A stretch of 64,000 bases of DNA from Leptolyngbyaceae cyanobacterium (GCA_965263355.1 CBDHHL010000032.1:2912001-2976000); one strand, 5' to 3'; shown: positions 18,703 to 30,870, numbered from the stretch's first letter. The notes: generated from the letters alone by a model not told the origin. Translations and numbers: made by a program.

Positions 18703-20316
18703 CTAAAATTTGCTCAAGGCATCCAGCACAATGCGATAGCGAGTGGCTTCGTTGTTACTCAGATATAAACTGCCTGCTTGTTCCAGGTCAGTCCTTGCCG
18801 CTTGTCTATTACCCAGGTGGGCATTGCTAATGCCCCGATAATAAAAAACGTCTGCATCCAAAATATTGGCTGCAATCACCGTGGAAAAATCGGCGTAAGC
18901 GTTTTGATAGTCTCCTGTTTCGTAGTGCATACGTCCACGGCTAGAATATGCGCTCCAGTAAGCACTATCGAGATCAATGGCTGTACCGTAATCGCTCACG
19001 GCACTAAAACTATCCCCCAGGTTGGCAAATGCATCGCCACGGCCCTTGAAAGCAGCTGCATGCTCAGGGGCCAGGGCCAGGGCGGCTGTAAAGTCGGCAA
19101 TGGCTGCCTGCTGCCTACCTGTTTCTAAATGGACTTTGCCCCGTTTGTAGTAAGCTTCAGCGGTATCTGGAGACAGCTCTAATACCTTATCAAAGTCACT
19201 AATAGCAGCCGTAGAATTGCCTGATGACGCGTACACTTGTCCACGAATCAAATAGGCATCAGCATTCTCTGGAGCCAGGGTAAGTACATAGTTGAGATCC
19301 TCCAGAGCTGCTTTGGGGCGATCTTGGGCAAGCAGTGCAAAGCTCCGGTTATAGTAGGCTTCTATATTGGTGTCATCTAGTTCGATGGCACGATTGAAAT
19401 CCTGCAGGGCGTCGTCGATTTGCCCCAAGCTATAGTGGGCGGCACCACGATTCAAAAATGCCTCTGGATAATCGTCCTGGAGTTCAATGGCCTGGGTGAA
19501 ATCGCTCACCGCACTTTCTGGATTGTTGAGTGCTTTGGCAACTAATCCCCGGTGAAAGTAAGCGGATGCATTATCGGGTTCTAGTCGAATGGCGTCATTC
19601 AAGTATTCTAAAGCGGTTTGATGATTGCCCTGCTCTGTGGCAATCAGCCCCCGATAGATGTAGGCAGTGGCAAGGTTAGGCTCAGTGGCAATGGCGCGAT
19701 CAAAGTCTTCTATGGCCAAATCGATCGCCTTGAGGTCATAGTGGAGAATGCCTCGATTAAGATAGGCAGCGCCATAGCTGGGGTTAATGGTGAGGGCCTG
19801 ATTATAGCTATTGAAGGCGGCGGTTGTATTCTCTAAGCGAGCAAAGGCCGCCCCCCGAAATAGGTAGGCGGGGGCATAGTCAGAATGAATGGCGATGGCG
19901 GCATTGAATTCTGTGATCGCCGCTTCATCGTTGCCCTCTCGATAGGCGTTTACGCCCGCATTAAAGCGCTCAATATAGTTTTCTGGCTCTGTTGGTTCTT
20001 CTGCAGTAGGGAGATCGATATCGTCTGGTTCCTCTACCGCTGGTTCCTCATCCGGAAGAATGTCGTCATCCAGGATAATACCTTCATCCCGAAGAATGTC
20101 TTCTGGCAAAACAGGTTCTATAAATGTTGGCTGGGCTGTAGGTGGGGCGTCTGTCCCAGGCGATGCCTCTGTGTCAGGTTCTAGAAAACCGTCATCGTCT
20201 TGCTCGAATTCTTCGTTTGCAGTAGTACCCACGACTTGGGCCATGCTGACAGTCGTGGTAATGCCTAAAAAAGCGACTGTGCTCAGAAATATCAGAGCAA
20301 ATCGGTTGATTTTCAT
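18703..20316 (-). CDS. Secreted TPR repeat protein with acidic N-terminal linker
   Basis: Signal peptide (..SMA/Q); about 11 TPRs (AY.NRG..). Confidence 0.9.
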   Translation of the reverse strand: MKINRFALIFLSTVAFLGITTTVSMAQVVGTTANEEFEQDDDGFLEPDTEASPGTDAPPTAQPTFIEPVLPEDILRDEGIILDDDILPDEEPAVEEPDDIDLPTAEEPTEPENYIERFNAGVNAYREGNDEAAITEFNAAIAIHSDYAPAYLFRGAAFARLENTTAAFNSYNQALTINPSYGAAYLNRGILHYDLKAIDLAIEDFDRAIATEPNLATAYIYRGLIATEQGNHQTALEYLNDAIRLEPDNASAYFHRGLVAKALNNPESAVSDFTQAIELQDDYPEAFLNRGAAHYSLGQIDDALQDFNRAIELDDTNIEAYYNRSFALLAQDRPKAALEDLNYVLTLAPENADAYLIRGQVYASSGNSTAAISDFDKVLELSPDTAEAYYKRGKVHLETGRQQAAIADFTAALALAPEHAAAFKGRGDAFANLGDSFSAVSDYGTAIDLDSAYWSAYSSRGRMHYETGDYQNAYADFSTVIAANILDADVFYYRGISNAHLGNRQAARTDLEQAGSLYLSNNEATRYRIVLDALSKF

Positions 20317-20421
20317 TCCTCTCCCCCTGTATCTTTCGTGTTTACTAAAACTTACCCAGAGTCAAAGCTAGAGTTTCTATTGAACCAATTAACATTGATA
20401 TAAAAGGTGTACGGGGTGCTG

Positions 20422-21741
20422 ATGAAGCCTGCTTGGATAGGGGATTTTGGACGACTTGCGATCGCAAATATTACCGCTAATTTGATGGTCCCCCTGGCGG
20501 GCTTAATCGACACAGCCTTTCTTGGACACCTGAGCGATATTCGTCATCTAGCGGGAGTCGCCCTGGCAACAGTCCTGTTTAACAGTATTTACTGGAGCTT
20601 TGGCTTTTTACGCATGGGCACCACTGGACTGATGGCCCAAGCGCTAGGTCGGGATGACCAGACTGAGCAGTGGCAAGTGGGTGTGCGGGGGCTGATCATT
20701 GCGCTAATTCTAGGGCTGATGATTTTAATGTTGCAAACTCCCCTGCGGTTAGTTGGGTTTGCCATTCTGCGGGCCGATGTTGATGTGATCGAAGCGGGTA
20801 TCGCTTTTTATCACGGGCGTATTTGGGGCGCGCCAGCGGTGCTGATGAACTACGTACTGCTCGGCTGGTTGTTGGGCGTGGGGCAGGGGCGACGAGTATT
20901 TGTTTTAGCCGTTGTTGGTAATGGGGTTAACATCCTGCTCGACTATTGGCTGATTGTACGCTTAGGGTGGGAGAGTTACGGAGCGGGTGTGGCTACTGCC
21001 CTGAGTCAGTATGCCATGCTGCTGGTGGGCTGCTTGCTGTTATGGCGGTCGGTTCCCTGGGGCCAGGTTTGGCAGCAGCGCCTACGCTTATGGAGCCGTC
21101 AGGCAATGGCAGCATTATTTCGGCTGAATCGCGACATTATGGTGCGGACCTGGGCGTTATTGTTGAGTTTTGGTTTGTTTACTAATCTCAGTGGCGTTAT
21201 GGGTACGGATACCCTGGCGGTGAATACGCTGCTGCTGCAGTCGCTGATGCTGGTCAGTTATTTTCTGGATGGGATTGCGTTTGCCACTGAGACCTATGCA
21301 GGGCAGTTTTATGGTCAAGGAAACTATGGTGAGCTATGGCGGTTGGCCCAACTTGGCAGTGGTGTGAGTTTGGGGTTGGGGTTGGGCAGTGCGATCGCAT
21401 TTATCGCCTTTCCCCACACATTCTTTGGGGTACTCACCGATCATCAAATGGTATTAACTCAGCTCAACCAATATGTTTTCTGGTTATTGCCTGTGTTTGG
21501 CTTTGGAGCCATTGCCTTTATGTTAGATGGTTACTTTCTTGGCCTCACGGCTGGCATCATCCTACGTAACTCTACGGCGTTAGCGACGGGGTTAGGCTTT
21601 TTGCCATTGGCGCTGGCGGCCTATTTTCAAAAAAGCCCCAGTTTGCTGTGGTTAGCCATGACTTGCTTTATGGCCATCCGAGCCCTTACCCTAATCTGGG
21701 CCGTTCCAGCTAGTTTGAAATCCAAAGAGAGCCTAAGTTAG
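20422..21741 (+). CDS. MATE family efflux transporter (DinF-like)
   Basis: NLMVPLAGLIDTAFLGHL, FGFLRMGTTG, about 12 TM helices. Confidence 0.9.
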   Translation: MKPAWIGDFGRLAIANITANLMVPLAGLIDTAFLGHLSDIRHLAGVALATVLFNSIYWSFGFLRMGTTGLMAQALGRDDQTEQWQVGVRGLIIALILGLMILMLQTPLRLVGFAILRADVDVIEAGIAFYHGRIWGAPAVLMNYVLLGWLLGVGQGRRVFVLAVVGNGVNILLDYWLIVRLGWESYGAGVATALSQYAMLLVGCLLLWRSVPWGQVWQQRLRLWSRQAMAALFRLNRDIMVRTWALLLSFGLFTNLSGVMGTDTLAVNTLLLQSLMLVSYFLDGIAFATETYAGQFYGQGNYGELWRLAQLGSGVSLGLGLGSAIAFIAFPHTFFGVLTDHQMVLTQLNQYVFWLLPVFGFGAIAFMLDGYFLGLTAGIILRNSTALATGLGFLPLALAAYFQKSPSLLWLAMTCFMAIRALTLIWAVPASLKSKESLS

Positions 21742-21753
21742 TCAAGATTAAGT

Positions 21754-22212
21754 CTACGGATCACAGCGAATTTCCAATAAGAACCCATCCGGATCGTAAA
21801 AATAAACGCCCCGTCCAGTGGGCCGACTAACCGGGCCATGGTCAATAGCCACTTGATTTTGCTTGAGGACATCAACTGCCTGGTCAAACATGGCTGGGTC
21901 AATATCAAACGCCAGATGATTGGCTCGCGTAAATTGTTGAGTTGGATCAGGACTTGGAGGGCCTAGGTCTGGTTCGCCAAAAAGATCCAAGATCGTGCCA
22001 TCGGGTAAACGAAAGTTAGACACTTTACCCTGGCTCACAAGTTCCACCAGGGTTGTAGGCACCTCATCACCCGTGAGTTCATGCAAGCCCAGGATCGACC
22101 CATAGAAAGAGCGAGAGGCTGCCATATCTTTAACGTTGAGGGCAATATGGTGAACTCCGCGTAGGGTATTGGCGCTCAGTCCTAGGTTTGGCCCATTAAT
22201 TGATAACGTCAT
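21754..22212 (-). CDS. VOC/glyoxalase family protein
   Basis: VHHIALNV, NHLAF, VYFYDPDGFLLEI. Confidence 0.88.
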   Translation of the reverse strand: MTLSINGPNLGLSANTLRGVHHIALNVKDMAASRSFYGSILGLHELTGDEVPTTLVELVSQGKVSNFRLPDGTILDLFGEPDLGPPSPDPTQQFTRANHLAFDIDPAMFDQAVDVLKQNQVAIDHGPVSRPTGRGVYFYDPDGFLLEIRCDP

Positions 22213-22286
22213 CGCAATCTAGTATCAAGAAGGTTGATAATAATTAAGACATATCGTCTTTGCTGCTTTAAACCGCTGAAATTTCT

Positions 22287-25200
22287 ATGAAAAGCAATTT
22301 TCTCGAACGTCTGCATAGTCCTGAACGACCAGTGATTGTATTTGATGGAGCCATGGGCACCAATCTGCAGGTCCAGGAATTAACTGCTGATGATTTTGGT
22401 GGTTTAGAGTACGAGGGCTGTAATGAATATCTGGTGATGACTAAGCCGGACGCGGTGGCTAAGGTGCATCGCGACTTTTTGGCGGCAGGGGCTGATGTGA
22501 TTGAGACCGATACCTTTGGGGGCAGCACCTTTGTTCTGGCTGAGTATGGTCTTCAAGATCAGGCCTATGAGATGAATAAGGTGGCAGCAGAACTAGCCAA
22601 ACGCTGCACCGCAGAGTTTTCCACACCGGAGCACCCCCGCTTTGTGGCAGGTTCCATGGGGCCAGGGACAAAGCTACCTACCCTGGGCCACATTACCTAC
22701 GATGAGCTATTAGAGGCGTTTACGGTACAGGCTGAAGGTCTTTACGACGGTGGTGTGGATCTATTTATCGTCGAGACGTGTCAAGATGTGTTGCAAATTA
22801 AAGCGGCACTGAATGCGATTGAGGCGATCTTTGAGAAAAAAGGAGCACGTCTGCCCCTGATGGTGTCGGTGACCATGGAGACCACTGGAACCATGCTGGT
22901 GGGTTCTGATATTACTGCGGTCGTGAGTATTCTAGAGCCCTACCCCATTGATGTTTTGGGGTTGAACTGTGCGACAGGGCCTGACTTGATGACTGAGCAT
23001 ATCAAGTATCTGTCGGAAACATCGCCTTTTGTTGTTTCATGTGTTCCCAATGCCGGTTTGCCAGAGAATATTGGCGGCCATGCCCATTACAAGCTAACGC
23101 CGATGGAGTTACGGATGGCGTTGCATCGGTTTGTGGAAGATTTAGGGGTACAGGTGATTGGTGGCTGCTGTGGGACACGACCGGATCACATTGCGGCACT
23201 GGCACAAATTTCCCAAGAGTTGTCTCCGAAGCTGCGTGAGATCAGAGTCTCGCCTTACCTGAATGGTACAGTTAGTACTGCCATTGATGCTGCCAAGTCA
23301 GAGGAACCGCAACAGGTTCGTCCGGCATTGAACTATGTGCCTGCGGCAGCCTCTATTTATGGAGCGCAGCCCTATGAGCAAGATAATTCGTTCTTGATTG
23401 TAGGAGAGCGGTTGAATGCAAGTGGTTCGCGGAAGGTAAGAGAGCTACTGAATGAGGATGATTGGGATGGGCTGATTGCGATCGCAAAACGCCAAGTCAA
23501 AGAAGGCGCCCACATTCTCGATGTCAACGTAGACTACGTCGGTCGAAACGGCGAAGCAGACATGCATGAAATGGTGTCCCGACTGGTCACCAACGTCACC
23601 CTGCCGCTGATGCTCGACTCCACCGAATGGACCAAAATGGAAGCCGGTCTCAAAGTGGCAGGTGGTAAATGCATCCTCAACTCCACCAATTACGAAGACG
23701 GCGACGAAAGATTTTTCAAAGTACTCGAACTCGCCAAAACCTACGGTGCAGGCGTTGTCGTCGGCTGTATTGACGAAGACGGCATGGCCCGTACCGCCGA
23801 GAAAAAATTCCAGATTGCCCAGCGTGCCTATCGTGATGCCCTAGAGTATGGCCTGCCACCCCATGAGTTGTTCTTTGATACCCTGGCACTCCCCATCTCC
23901 ACCGGTATTGAAGAAGACCGAGAGAACGCCAAAGCCACCATTGACGCCATCAAAAAAATCAACGAGGATCTTCCCGGTGTCCACTTTATGCTGGGCGTCT
24001 CCAATATCTCCTTTGGTCTCAGTCCAGCGGCCCGCATTACCCTCAACTCCATGTTCCTGCATGAAGCCACCCAGGTGGGCATGGATGGAGCCATTGTCTC
24101 AGCAGCTAAGATTTTACCCCTGATCAAGATCGACCCAGACCATCAAAAAGTTTGCAAAGACCTAATCTATGACAACCGAGAGTTTGACGGCGACATTTGT
24201 ACCTATGATCCCTTAGGAGAGTTAACAACTCTCTTTGAAGGAGTGACCACCAAAGATGCCCGTTCGTCAGCATCCCTGGCAGATTTGCCCATTGAAGAAC
24301 GTCTCAAGCAACACATCATTGATGGCGAACGCATTGGCCTTGATGATGCATTGCAGGTTGCCTTGGATGCTTCCTATGAGCCATTACAGATCATCAATAC
24401 CTTCTTGCTCGATGGCATGAAAGTTGTGGGTGAACTCTTTGGCTCGGGTCAGATGCAATTGCCATTTGTATTGCAGTCAGCCCAGACTATGAAGGCGGCA
24501 GTGGCATTTCTGGAGCCCCTGATGGAGAAAGAAGACGGTGAGGAAGATGCTGGTAAAGGTAAATTCCTGATTGCCACCGTCAAAGGCGATGTCCATGACA
24601 TCGGCAAAAACCTGGTAGATATTATTCTCACCAACAACGGTTATAAAGTGATTAACCTGGGTATTAAACAAACCGTTGATGCCATTGTGTCAGCCTATGA
24701 AGAACACAAACCTGACTGTATTGCCATGAGTGGCTTGTTGGTGAAGTCCACAGCCTTTATGAAAGAGAATCTGGCAGTCTTTAATGACAAGGGGATTTCC
24801 GTTCCAGTGATTCTCGGGGGGGCTGCTTTAACTCCGAAGTTTGTCTATGGCGATTGTCAAGATACCTATAATGGCCAGGTAATTTACGGTAAAGATGCCT
24901 TTGCTGACCTTACCTTTATGGATCGGCTCATGCCTGCCAAGAAAAAAGAATGCTGGCAAGACGGTGAAGGCTTCAAAGGTGACTATGCTCAATACAATCA
25001 GAAGGGGCGTAAGGCGATTGAGCGGGCTGAAGCTGAGTTAAATGGTGGTACCAAAAAGGAAAAGAAAAAAGAACCTGACGTTATTGATACTAAACGCTCT
25101 GAGGCGGTTGACATTGATATTTCTCGGCCTACTCCACCATTCTGGGGCACCAAGGTTCTCATGCCTGAGGACTTTGATCTGGATGAACTGTACTGGCATC

Positions 25201-25952
25201 TTGATTTGCAGGCGTTGTTTGTGGGGCAATGGCAGTTTCGTAAGCCCAAAAATCAAACCCGTGAGGAGTATGATGCGTTTCTAGTTGAAACGGTTCATCC
25301 CATTCTGGCTGAGTGGAAGCAAAAGATTAAGGCTGATAATCTACTCCATCCTCAGCTTGTTTATGGTTACTTCCCCTGCACGGCTGAGGGTAACTCTGTT
25401 CATGTTTATGATCCTTCTGTCATTGATCAGGGGCTCACTCCCCAAGAGGCTGAGCCTTTATTTACCTGGGAGTTTCCTCGCCAGAGGTCTATGCGCCGTC
25501 TATGTATTGCCGACTTTTTCTTACCTAAAGAACAGAATCAATTCGATGTTTTTCCGATGCAGGCGGTGACGGTGGGGCAGGTTTCGGCAGACTATGCCCG
25601 TCAGCTATTTGCTGAGGACAAATATACTGACTATCTCTATTTCCATGGTCTAGCGGTGCAGGTGGCTGAGGCCATGGCGGAATGGTGTCATGCTCTAATC
25701 CGTAAGGAGTTGGGCTATGGTGATCAGGAGCCTGATAATATCCGCGATATGCTGGCCCAGCGCTATCAGGGTAGCCGCTATAGCTTTGGTTATCCCGCTT
25801 GTCCGAATGTGCCCGATCAGGCCAAGCAGTTGGAGATTTTAGGCTCAGACCGTATTGGTATGACGATGGATGAAAGCGATCAGCTCTATCCTGAAGAGTC
25901 CACTACAGCGATTATTACCTATCACCCCACTGCCAAATACTTCAGTGCATAA
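22287..25952 (+). CDS. metH: Cobalamin-dependent methionine synthase
   Basis: [40 protein letters not shown]. Confidence 0.97.
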   Translation: MKSNFLERLHSPERPVIVFDGAMGTNLQVQELTADDFGGLEYEGCNEYLVMTKPDAVAKVHRDFLAAGADVIETDTFGGSTFVLAEYGLQDQAYEMNKVAAELAKRCTAEFSTPEHPRFVAGSMGPGTKLPTLGHITYDELLEAFTVQAEGLYDGGVDLFIVETCQDVLQIKAALNAIEAIFEKKGARLPLMVSVTMETTGTMLVGSDITAVVSILEPYPIDVLGLNCATGPDLMTEHIKYLSETSPFVVSCVPNAGLPENIGGHAHYKLTPMELRMALHRFVEDLGVQVIGGCCGTRPDHIAALAQISQELSPKLREIRVSPYLNGTVSTAIDAAKSEEPQQVRPALNYVPAAASIYGAQPYEQDNSFLIVGERLNASGSRKVRELLNEDDWDGLIAIAKRQVKEGAHILDVNVDYVGRNGEADMHEMVSRLVTNVTLPLMLDSTEWTKMEAGLKVAGGKCILNSTNYEDGDERFFKVLELAKTYGAGVVVGCIDEDGMARTAEKKFQIAQRAYRDALEYGLPPHELFFDTLALPISTGIEEDRENAKATIDAIKKINEDLPGVHFMLGVSNISFGLSPAARITLNSMFLHEATQVGMDGAIVSAAKILPLIKIDPDHQKVCKDLIYDNREFDGDICTYDPLGELTTLFEGVTTKDARSSASLADLPIEERLKQHIIDGERIGLDDALQVALDASYEPLQIINTFLLDGMKVVGELFGSGQMQLPFVLQSAQTMKAAVAFLEPLMEKEDGEEDAGKGKFLIATVKGDVHDIGKNLVDIILTNNGYKVINLGIKQTVDAIVSAYEEHKPDCIAMSGLLVKSTAFMKENLAVFNDKGISVPVILGGAALTPKFVYGDCQDTYNGQVIYGKDAFADLTFMDRLMPAKKKECWQDGEGFKGDYAQYNQKGRKAIERAEAELNGGTKKEKKKEPDVIDTKRSEAVDIDISRPTPPFWGTKVLMPEDFDLDELYWHLDLQALFVGQWQFRKPKNQTREEYDAFLVETVHPILAEWKQKIKADNLLHPQLVYGYFPCTAEGNSVHVYDPSVIDQGLTPQEAEPLFTWEFPRQRSMRRLCIADFFLPKEQNQFDVFPMQAVTVGQVSADYARQLFAEDKYTDYLYFHGLAVQVAEAMAEWCHALIRKELGYGDQEPDNIRDMLAQRYQGSRYSFGYPACPNVPDQAKQLEILGSDRIGMTMDESDQLYPEESTTAIITYHPTAKYFSA

Positions 25953-25989
25953 TCTGAGCAGCCATAATTGTAATTATTAGGGGCTGTGC

Positions 25990-26180
25990 TACCCCTGATC
26001 AAATTCAATTCGAGGTAGGTGCGATCGCGGTTACTGTCGGCGATGAGTTGGTCGACAGTGATGCGATCTCCTTCCGTGACTTTGATGTCGTTGGGGTCGG
26101 TGACAGAGACATTGATAGTGAGGCGATGAGGAGCTTTGCTAAGGTGTTCTGCAGGAAGGGAGGACGTGATAAAGCTGGGC
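25990..26180 (-). pseudogene. Possible fragment of a plasmid/ICE-type cyanobacterial protein
   Basis: PHRLTINVSVTDPNDIKVTEGDRITVDQLIAD..RDR resembles a hairpin motif recalled from cyanobacterial mobile-region proteins; truncated, no good start. Confidence 0.3.
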
Positions 26181-26213
26181 TGTTGGGCGCTTAAAAATAA
26201 AATTTGTATAGAT

Positions 26214-26849
26214 ATGAAATTTATAAAGTCTTTTTCCCTGATTTTCATCTTAGGAATAACTTTATTAAGTTGCCAAAATCAACAAAATAAAGAGCCAAAA
26301 GAAATCGTTATAAGTATCGTCACATCTTTTAATAGTAGTGATTTAGAAACTGCTCAAAAAATTTCTTGTTATCGAGAAGGCTTATATGCTGACGCATTGA
26401 TTGAATTAACCGCGTTTATTCGAAATTCCAACCTAGATGACATTGAGATTTCTGCAAGTAATCAAAATTATTGGCGAGAAAGATATGATTCAGAAGAAGC
26501 GTTTCTGAAAGCCCAGGAAGGAGCCTCAGAATCCATCCCCAAAGAGACTCCTTATGACCTGTTATATAGTGTTTTCGCAGTTAAATCAGTTGTATCTGAG
26601 GATGAGATCCCTCTGCAAGTCTGGCAAACTCAAGACATATTTAGTAGAGATTCTGAAAGATATAAGTCTGTGATGTCAGACATAGATGCTCAATTAAACA
26701 ATCTCGATGACTCTGACCCTATACGAGGAATCCTCGTTAGCCAAAAAGAAAGAGCACAGGATCTAAAACCAAGGAAAAATCAATATTCCAAAAGAAATCA
26801 ATGCGTATTGTGGCATACGATCGATATGGAATTAGTAGAAAGACAATAA
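26214..26849 (+). CDS. Hypothetical lipoprotein (AT-rich)
   Basis: MKFIKSFSLIFILGITLLSC: lipobox LLSC. Confidence 0.7.
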   Translation: MKFIKSFSLIFILGITLLSCQNQQNKEPKEIVISIVTSFNSSDLETAQKISCYREGLYADALIELTAFIRNSNLDDIEISASNQNYWRERYDSEEAFLKAQEGASESIPKETPYDLLYSVFAVKSVVSEDEIPLQVWQTQDIFSRDSERYKSVMSDIDAQLNNLDDSDPIRGILVSQKERAQDLKPRKNQYSKRNQCVLWHTIDMELVERQ

Positions 26850-26947
26850 GCACCTACCGTTTGTTTACGCATAGAATCCTCTTAGCAATAATCACGGTTA
26901 ACTCCACCATACCGACTGATTACGCCTTTCGACTTCTTGATGACTCC

Positions 26948-27275
26948 ATGATTGATAACATCATTGTTTCAGCCCCTGAAACAATGCCTTCAGATTTAAT
27001 ATCGGCCCGTTACGAGGTAGACACCCAGTCAATCGTGGTATGTTTCAGAGATGGCAAAGTAGCCCTGACTGTTTTCCTTGGCTTCAATTATGGCAATGCC
27101 GAGCAACCCAAGTTCTTCCAAACCATATGCTTTAGAACCAGATTTCCAGGGAAAACATAGATATTCTGGCACATGGCAGCGGGCTGGCTTAGCGCATCAT
27201 GGCAAAGTTTCCTGTACCCAAGGGCTGCCAATCGTAAAAACTGGGAACGTCGTAGGCAGAAGGTTGTTTTTCTAA
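26948..27275 (+). pseudogene. Degraded/frameshifted gene remnant
   Basis: Two overlapping frames appear to continue one protein: TVFLGFNYGNAEQPKFFQTICF then RYSGTWQRAGLAH. Confidence 0.3.
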
Positions 27276-27501
27276 TGCGTCCTGGAAAATAGCTGTATGG
27301 ACAAGAGGGGACAGATTGCGATCGCACCAGCAACCAAGTTAAACGTTCAAACGCACAAATAATCTATGTCCTTGCTAGTAGTACATTACAAAAACCTAAG
27401 ATGTACGCTGGTGCCCTTCCTCAGGTCAACCCCCTATTTATAGTGGTTAAAGCGCTGGTCTTTTACCCAGATAGTCTAATTTCTTGAGAGACGTAATCAG
27501 A

Positions 27502-27864
27502 ATGAGAGCAATTTTGACTGCAATCCTGGCAATCGTTGCCAGTGTACTGTTTACAATGCCTTCCTATGCAGATGGTGCCTATGTAGGTGATGTGGCCGCA
27601 GGGGCAAAAGTATTTGAAAAGCACTGCGCCACATGCCACGCTGGCGGCAATAACGCTATCATTTCCTCACAGACACTAAAGCAAGAAGCCCTGGAGCAGT
27701 ATCTATTTAACTATCGCCTTGAGCATAATGTTGAAGCGATTGAGTATCAAGTAGCTAATGGCAGAGGGGCAATGCCTGCGTTTCAAGGGCGTATAAGGGA
27801 TCAGGATATTGCTAACGTTGCAGCCTATGTAAAAGAACAATCTGAAAATGATTGGCCTGAATAA
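27502..27864 (+). CDS. petJ: Cytochrome c6
   Basis: Signal peptide, CATCH heme motif, GGNN, YQV.NGRGAMPAF, DIANVAAYV. Confidence 0.9.
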   Translation: MRAILTAILAIVASVLFTMPSYADGAYVGDVAAGAKVFEKHCATCHAGGNNAIISSQTLKQEALEQYLFNYRLEHNVEAIEYQVANGRGAMPAFQGRIRDQDIANVAAYVKEQSENDWPE

Positions 27865-27885
27865 AGGCAGGTCACTGAAAACAAA

Positions 27886-27921
27886 AATCGGGTCGAGACT
27901 GACATCAGCCTCGACCCGATT
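27886..27921. terminator. Hairpin terminator between convergent petJ and ndhE
   Basis: aatcgggtcgag...ctcgacccgatt with a flanking A run. Confidence 0.75.
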
Positions 27922-27942
27922 ACTATTGTATAAAGCAAAAAG

Positions 27943-28251
27943 TTACCATTTCAGCAAATTAAACTGTTCCATATCCACCGTGTCACGATTACGGTAAATC
28001 GATAGCACAATAGCGAGGCCGACAGCTGCTTCTGCCGCAGCAATTGTAATTACAAAGACGGCAAATACTTGACCTTTAATCTCAGCCGGATCTAGATAAT
28101 TGGAAAAAGCCATCAAGTTCAGGTTTACAGCATTGAGCATCAGCTCAATGGACATCAGAACTCGAATCACATTACGACTGGTCACCAATCCATAAATGCC
28201 CACACAAAAAAGCGCAGCGGCAAGAATCAAAAAGTACTCTAGTTGCATCAT
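27943..28251 (-). CDS. ndhE: NDH-1 subunit E (NuoK)
   Basis: [33 protein letters not shown]. Confidence 0.97.
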   Translation of the reverse strand: MMQLEYFLILAAALFCVGIYGLVTSRNVIRVLMSIELMLNAVNLNLMAFSNYLDPAEIKGQVFAVFVITIAAAEAAVGLAIVLSIYRNRDTVDMEQFNLLKW

Positions 28252-28302
28252 GGATTAACTAAGTTCCTCTTAATCGATAATTTGATGTGCTTGAAATTAA
28301 CG

Positions 28303-28911
28303 TTAACTGTCTTGAGTATCGCTTCCAGCAGCAACTAACTCTCTAGGCCGCTCTCGTAACGTAAGCACCTTTTGCTCGTCTTCAGGCTCGTAATCTGGAA
28401 CGTATTCACGACGGGCCAAAATAATGGCTCCGACTAACGCCATAAGCAGAAGAACAGACGCTAACTCGAACGGTAATAAAAAGTCGCTAAAAAAGTGCAA
28501 GCCGATAACTTCTATAGCACTTTCACCAGCAGGAGTTGCCGTAGATATCTGCCAGGGGGTAGCCAACACCATTGAGCTAAGCAGTGTAAATAAGCCTATA
28601 CAAACCACACCTGTTGCAGCTTTACCAATCCAAGCATTAGAAACAGGCTGGAAATCTTCTCGCTTATTTACCAGCATGATGCCGAACAAAATGAGAATAT
28701 TGACGGCACCTACGTAAACTAAGACTTGAGCAGCTGCCACAAATCCTGCATTCAGTAAAATGTAAAGACCGGAAATGCTAACAAACACCATACCCAGCAA
28801 AAATGCTGAGTAAACGATATTAGAAAGCAAAACTACACCCAGGGCTGCTATCAACATCAAGGCACCAAGGATGCCTAAGGAAACAAATTGTACGCCTTCT
28901 GCTAAGTTCAC
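28303..28911 (-). CDS. ndhG: NDH-1 subunit G (NuoJ)
   Basis: NIVYSAFLL, AAAQVLVYVGA, DFLLPFELAS. Confidence 0.96.
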   Translation of the reverse strand: MNLAEGVQFVSLGILGALMLIAALGVVLLSNIVYSAFLLGMVFVSISGLYILLNAGFVAAAQVLVYVGAVNILILFGIMLVNKREDFQPVSNAWIGKAATGVVCIGLFTLLSSMVLATPWQISTATPAGESAIEVIGLHFFSDFLLPFELASVLLLMALVGAIILARREYVPDYEPEDEQKVLTLRERPRELVAAGSDTQDS

Positions 28912-28973
28912 TGCTACTCCAATTGTGTGGGCTGCTATTGGTTTGGCTCTCAGGAGATATCCAAATCTGATGA

Positions 28974-29591
28974 CTAATCAGCCTGCTGGTCAGTCGTAGC
29001 AGGTTTGGACGCTTCCAATTCTTCCAAGATCTCTTGAGGTAGTTTACCAGCGCGACGAGACCCTTCAGGTAACTCATGGGGATCCATAACACCCTTGGGC
29101 AAATAAGCCAGCTCCCGCATAGGTGTCACCATAGGATCATCAGTGACCTTGTAGGGCAAACGGCCTAAGGCAACGCTGTCATAATTAAGTTCGTGGCGGT
29201 CGTAAGCGGCTAGTTCATACTCTTCGGTCATAGAGAGACAGTTGGTAGGGCAGTACTCTACGCAGTTGCCACAAAAAATACAAACACCAAAGTCAATACT
29301 GTAGTGGTCTAGGGTCTTTTTCTTAGTTGTTTTATCAAAAGTCCAATCAACCACAGGTAAGTTAATTGGGCATACCCGAACACATACTTCGCAAGCAATA
29401 CACTTATCAAACTCAAAGTGAATGCGACCGCGATAACGTTCAGACGGAATCAGCTTTTCATAGGGATATTGCACCGTCACTGGGCGGCGTTTCATATGGT
29501 CAAAGGTTACGGATAACCCCTGGCCGATATATTTAGCCGATTGGACGGTTTCCTTGGCGTAGTCACCAACCTGCTTGAGAAAGTTGAGCAT
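28974..29591 (-). CDS. ndhI: NDH-1 subunit I
   Basis: [12 protein letters not shown] and [12 protein letters not shown]. Confidence 0.97.
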   Translation of the reverse strand: MLNFLKQVGDYAKETVQSAKYIGQGLSVTFDHMKRRPVTVQYPYEKLIPSERYRGRIHFEFDKCIACEVCVRVCPINLPVVDWTFDKTTKKKTLDHYSIDFGVCIFCGNCVEYCPTNCLSMTEEYELAAYDRHELNYDSVALGRLPYKVTDDPMVTPMRELAYLPKGVMDPHELPEGSRRAGKLPQEILEELEASKPATTDQQAD

Positions 29592-29594
29592 TGT

Positions 29595-30713
29595 TTACCC
29601 TCCAAACGCAAATGGGAATGCGAGCTTGAGTGCTGCTGTTAGCAATAGATTCACCAGAGCAACTGGTAGTAAAAACTTCCAACCCAAATCTAGGAGTTGG
29701 TCAATGCGAACACGGGGTACGGTCCATCGTAAGAGTACAGCCAAGAACACTAGAAAATAGGCCTTGATTAGGGTCATCATGATGCCCAGTGCTGCGGTAA
29801 TCACTTGCAACCATGGGGTGGTTTCGCTAATGCCTAGACCACTTGCAATGACTTCAACCGGAATGGGAAAACTCCATCCGCCTAGATATAGCACCGACAC
29901 CAACATAGCCGACAACACTAAGTTAACGTAGGAGCCAACATAAAACAGTCCAAACTTCATACCGCCGTATTCTGTTTGATATCCGGCTACAATTTCTTCT
30001 TCAGCTTCTGGCAAGTCAAAGGGTAATCGCTCGCATTCTGCTAAGGCTGCAATCCAGAAAAGGACAAACCCCACTGGCTGTCGCCAGATATTCCAACTGA
30101 GAATGCCGTAGCCTGCTTGCTGATTGACAATGTCAATGGTGCTCAGACTATTGGACATCATCACTACAGCCAGGACTGCTAGCGCTAAGGGAATTTCATA
30201 ACTAATAGATTGGGCAGTCGCTCTTAACCCCCCTAGTAGGGAGTACTTATTGTTTGAGGCATACCCTGACATTAATAGGCCTATCGGGGTAACACTCGAA
30301 AGTGCAATCCATAAAAAGATGCCTATACCCAAGTCAGTAATGACCATATTTTGCCCAAAGGGCACCACCAGGTAAGACACAAATACTGGAATAACGACCA
30401 GGGCAGGTCCCAACGTAAAGAGTATGGGATCTGCCTGAGCTGGATTAATGTCTTCTTTGAAGATTAATTTGATACCGTCAGCGGTGGCCTGAAGTGCCCC
30501 TAATGGGCCAACATATTCAGGTCCAATTCGTTGTTGGGCAGCAGCTGATACTTTACGTTCAAGCCAAACAGCAATGAAAATGCTGACCGTTGCGGCTATG
30601 AGAATTAGCAACATGGGCAGTGGCATCCAAACCACTTTGGCGAATGAGGGGGGTAACCCCAGGGATACTAATATTTGAATAAAGCTCTCTTGCAGGTCGA
30701 TTCCAGAACTCAT
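29595..30713 (-). CDS. ndhA: NDH-1 subunit A (NuoH)
   Basis: [41 protein letters not shown]. Confidence 0.97.
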   Translation of the reverse strand: MSSGIDLQESFIQILVSLGLPPSFAKVVWMPLPMLLILIAATVSIFIAVWLERKVSAAAQQRIGPEYVGPLGALQATADGIKLIFKEDINPAQADPILFTLGPALVVIPVFVSYLVVPFGQNMVITDLGIGIFLWIALSSVTPIGLLMSGYASNNKYSLLGGLRATAQSISYEIPLALAVLAVVMMSNSLSTIDIVNQQAGYGILSWNIWRQPVGFVLFWIAALAECERLPFDLPEAEEEIVAGYQTEYGGMKFGLFYVGSYVNLVLSAMLVSVLYLGGWSFPIPVEVIASGLGISETTPWLQVITAALGIMMTLIKAYFLVFLAVLLRWTVPRVRIDQLLDLGWKFLLPVALVNLLLTAALKLAFPFAFGG

Positions 30714-30870
30714 ACCCGGCGTATATAAATGAATTGGATGGCCATAGGCCCAATTTCCCTAATGATTCTAGCGCTTAATATGTCTTCAAAGGTGAAATTA
30801 CTCTTGCAACACCAATAGGAATTATTACTTATGGCCATAGATGAACCATAGTATGCAAAATTCGAGATAC

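Noticed and set aside
22287..25952. Intein or B12 riboswitch at metH
   Set aside because: Normal length, no intein motifs, and only 74 bp upstream
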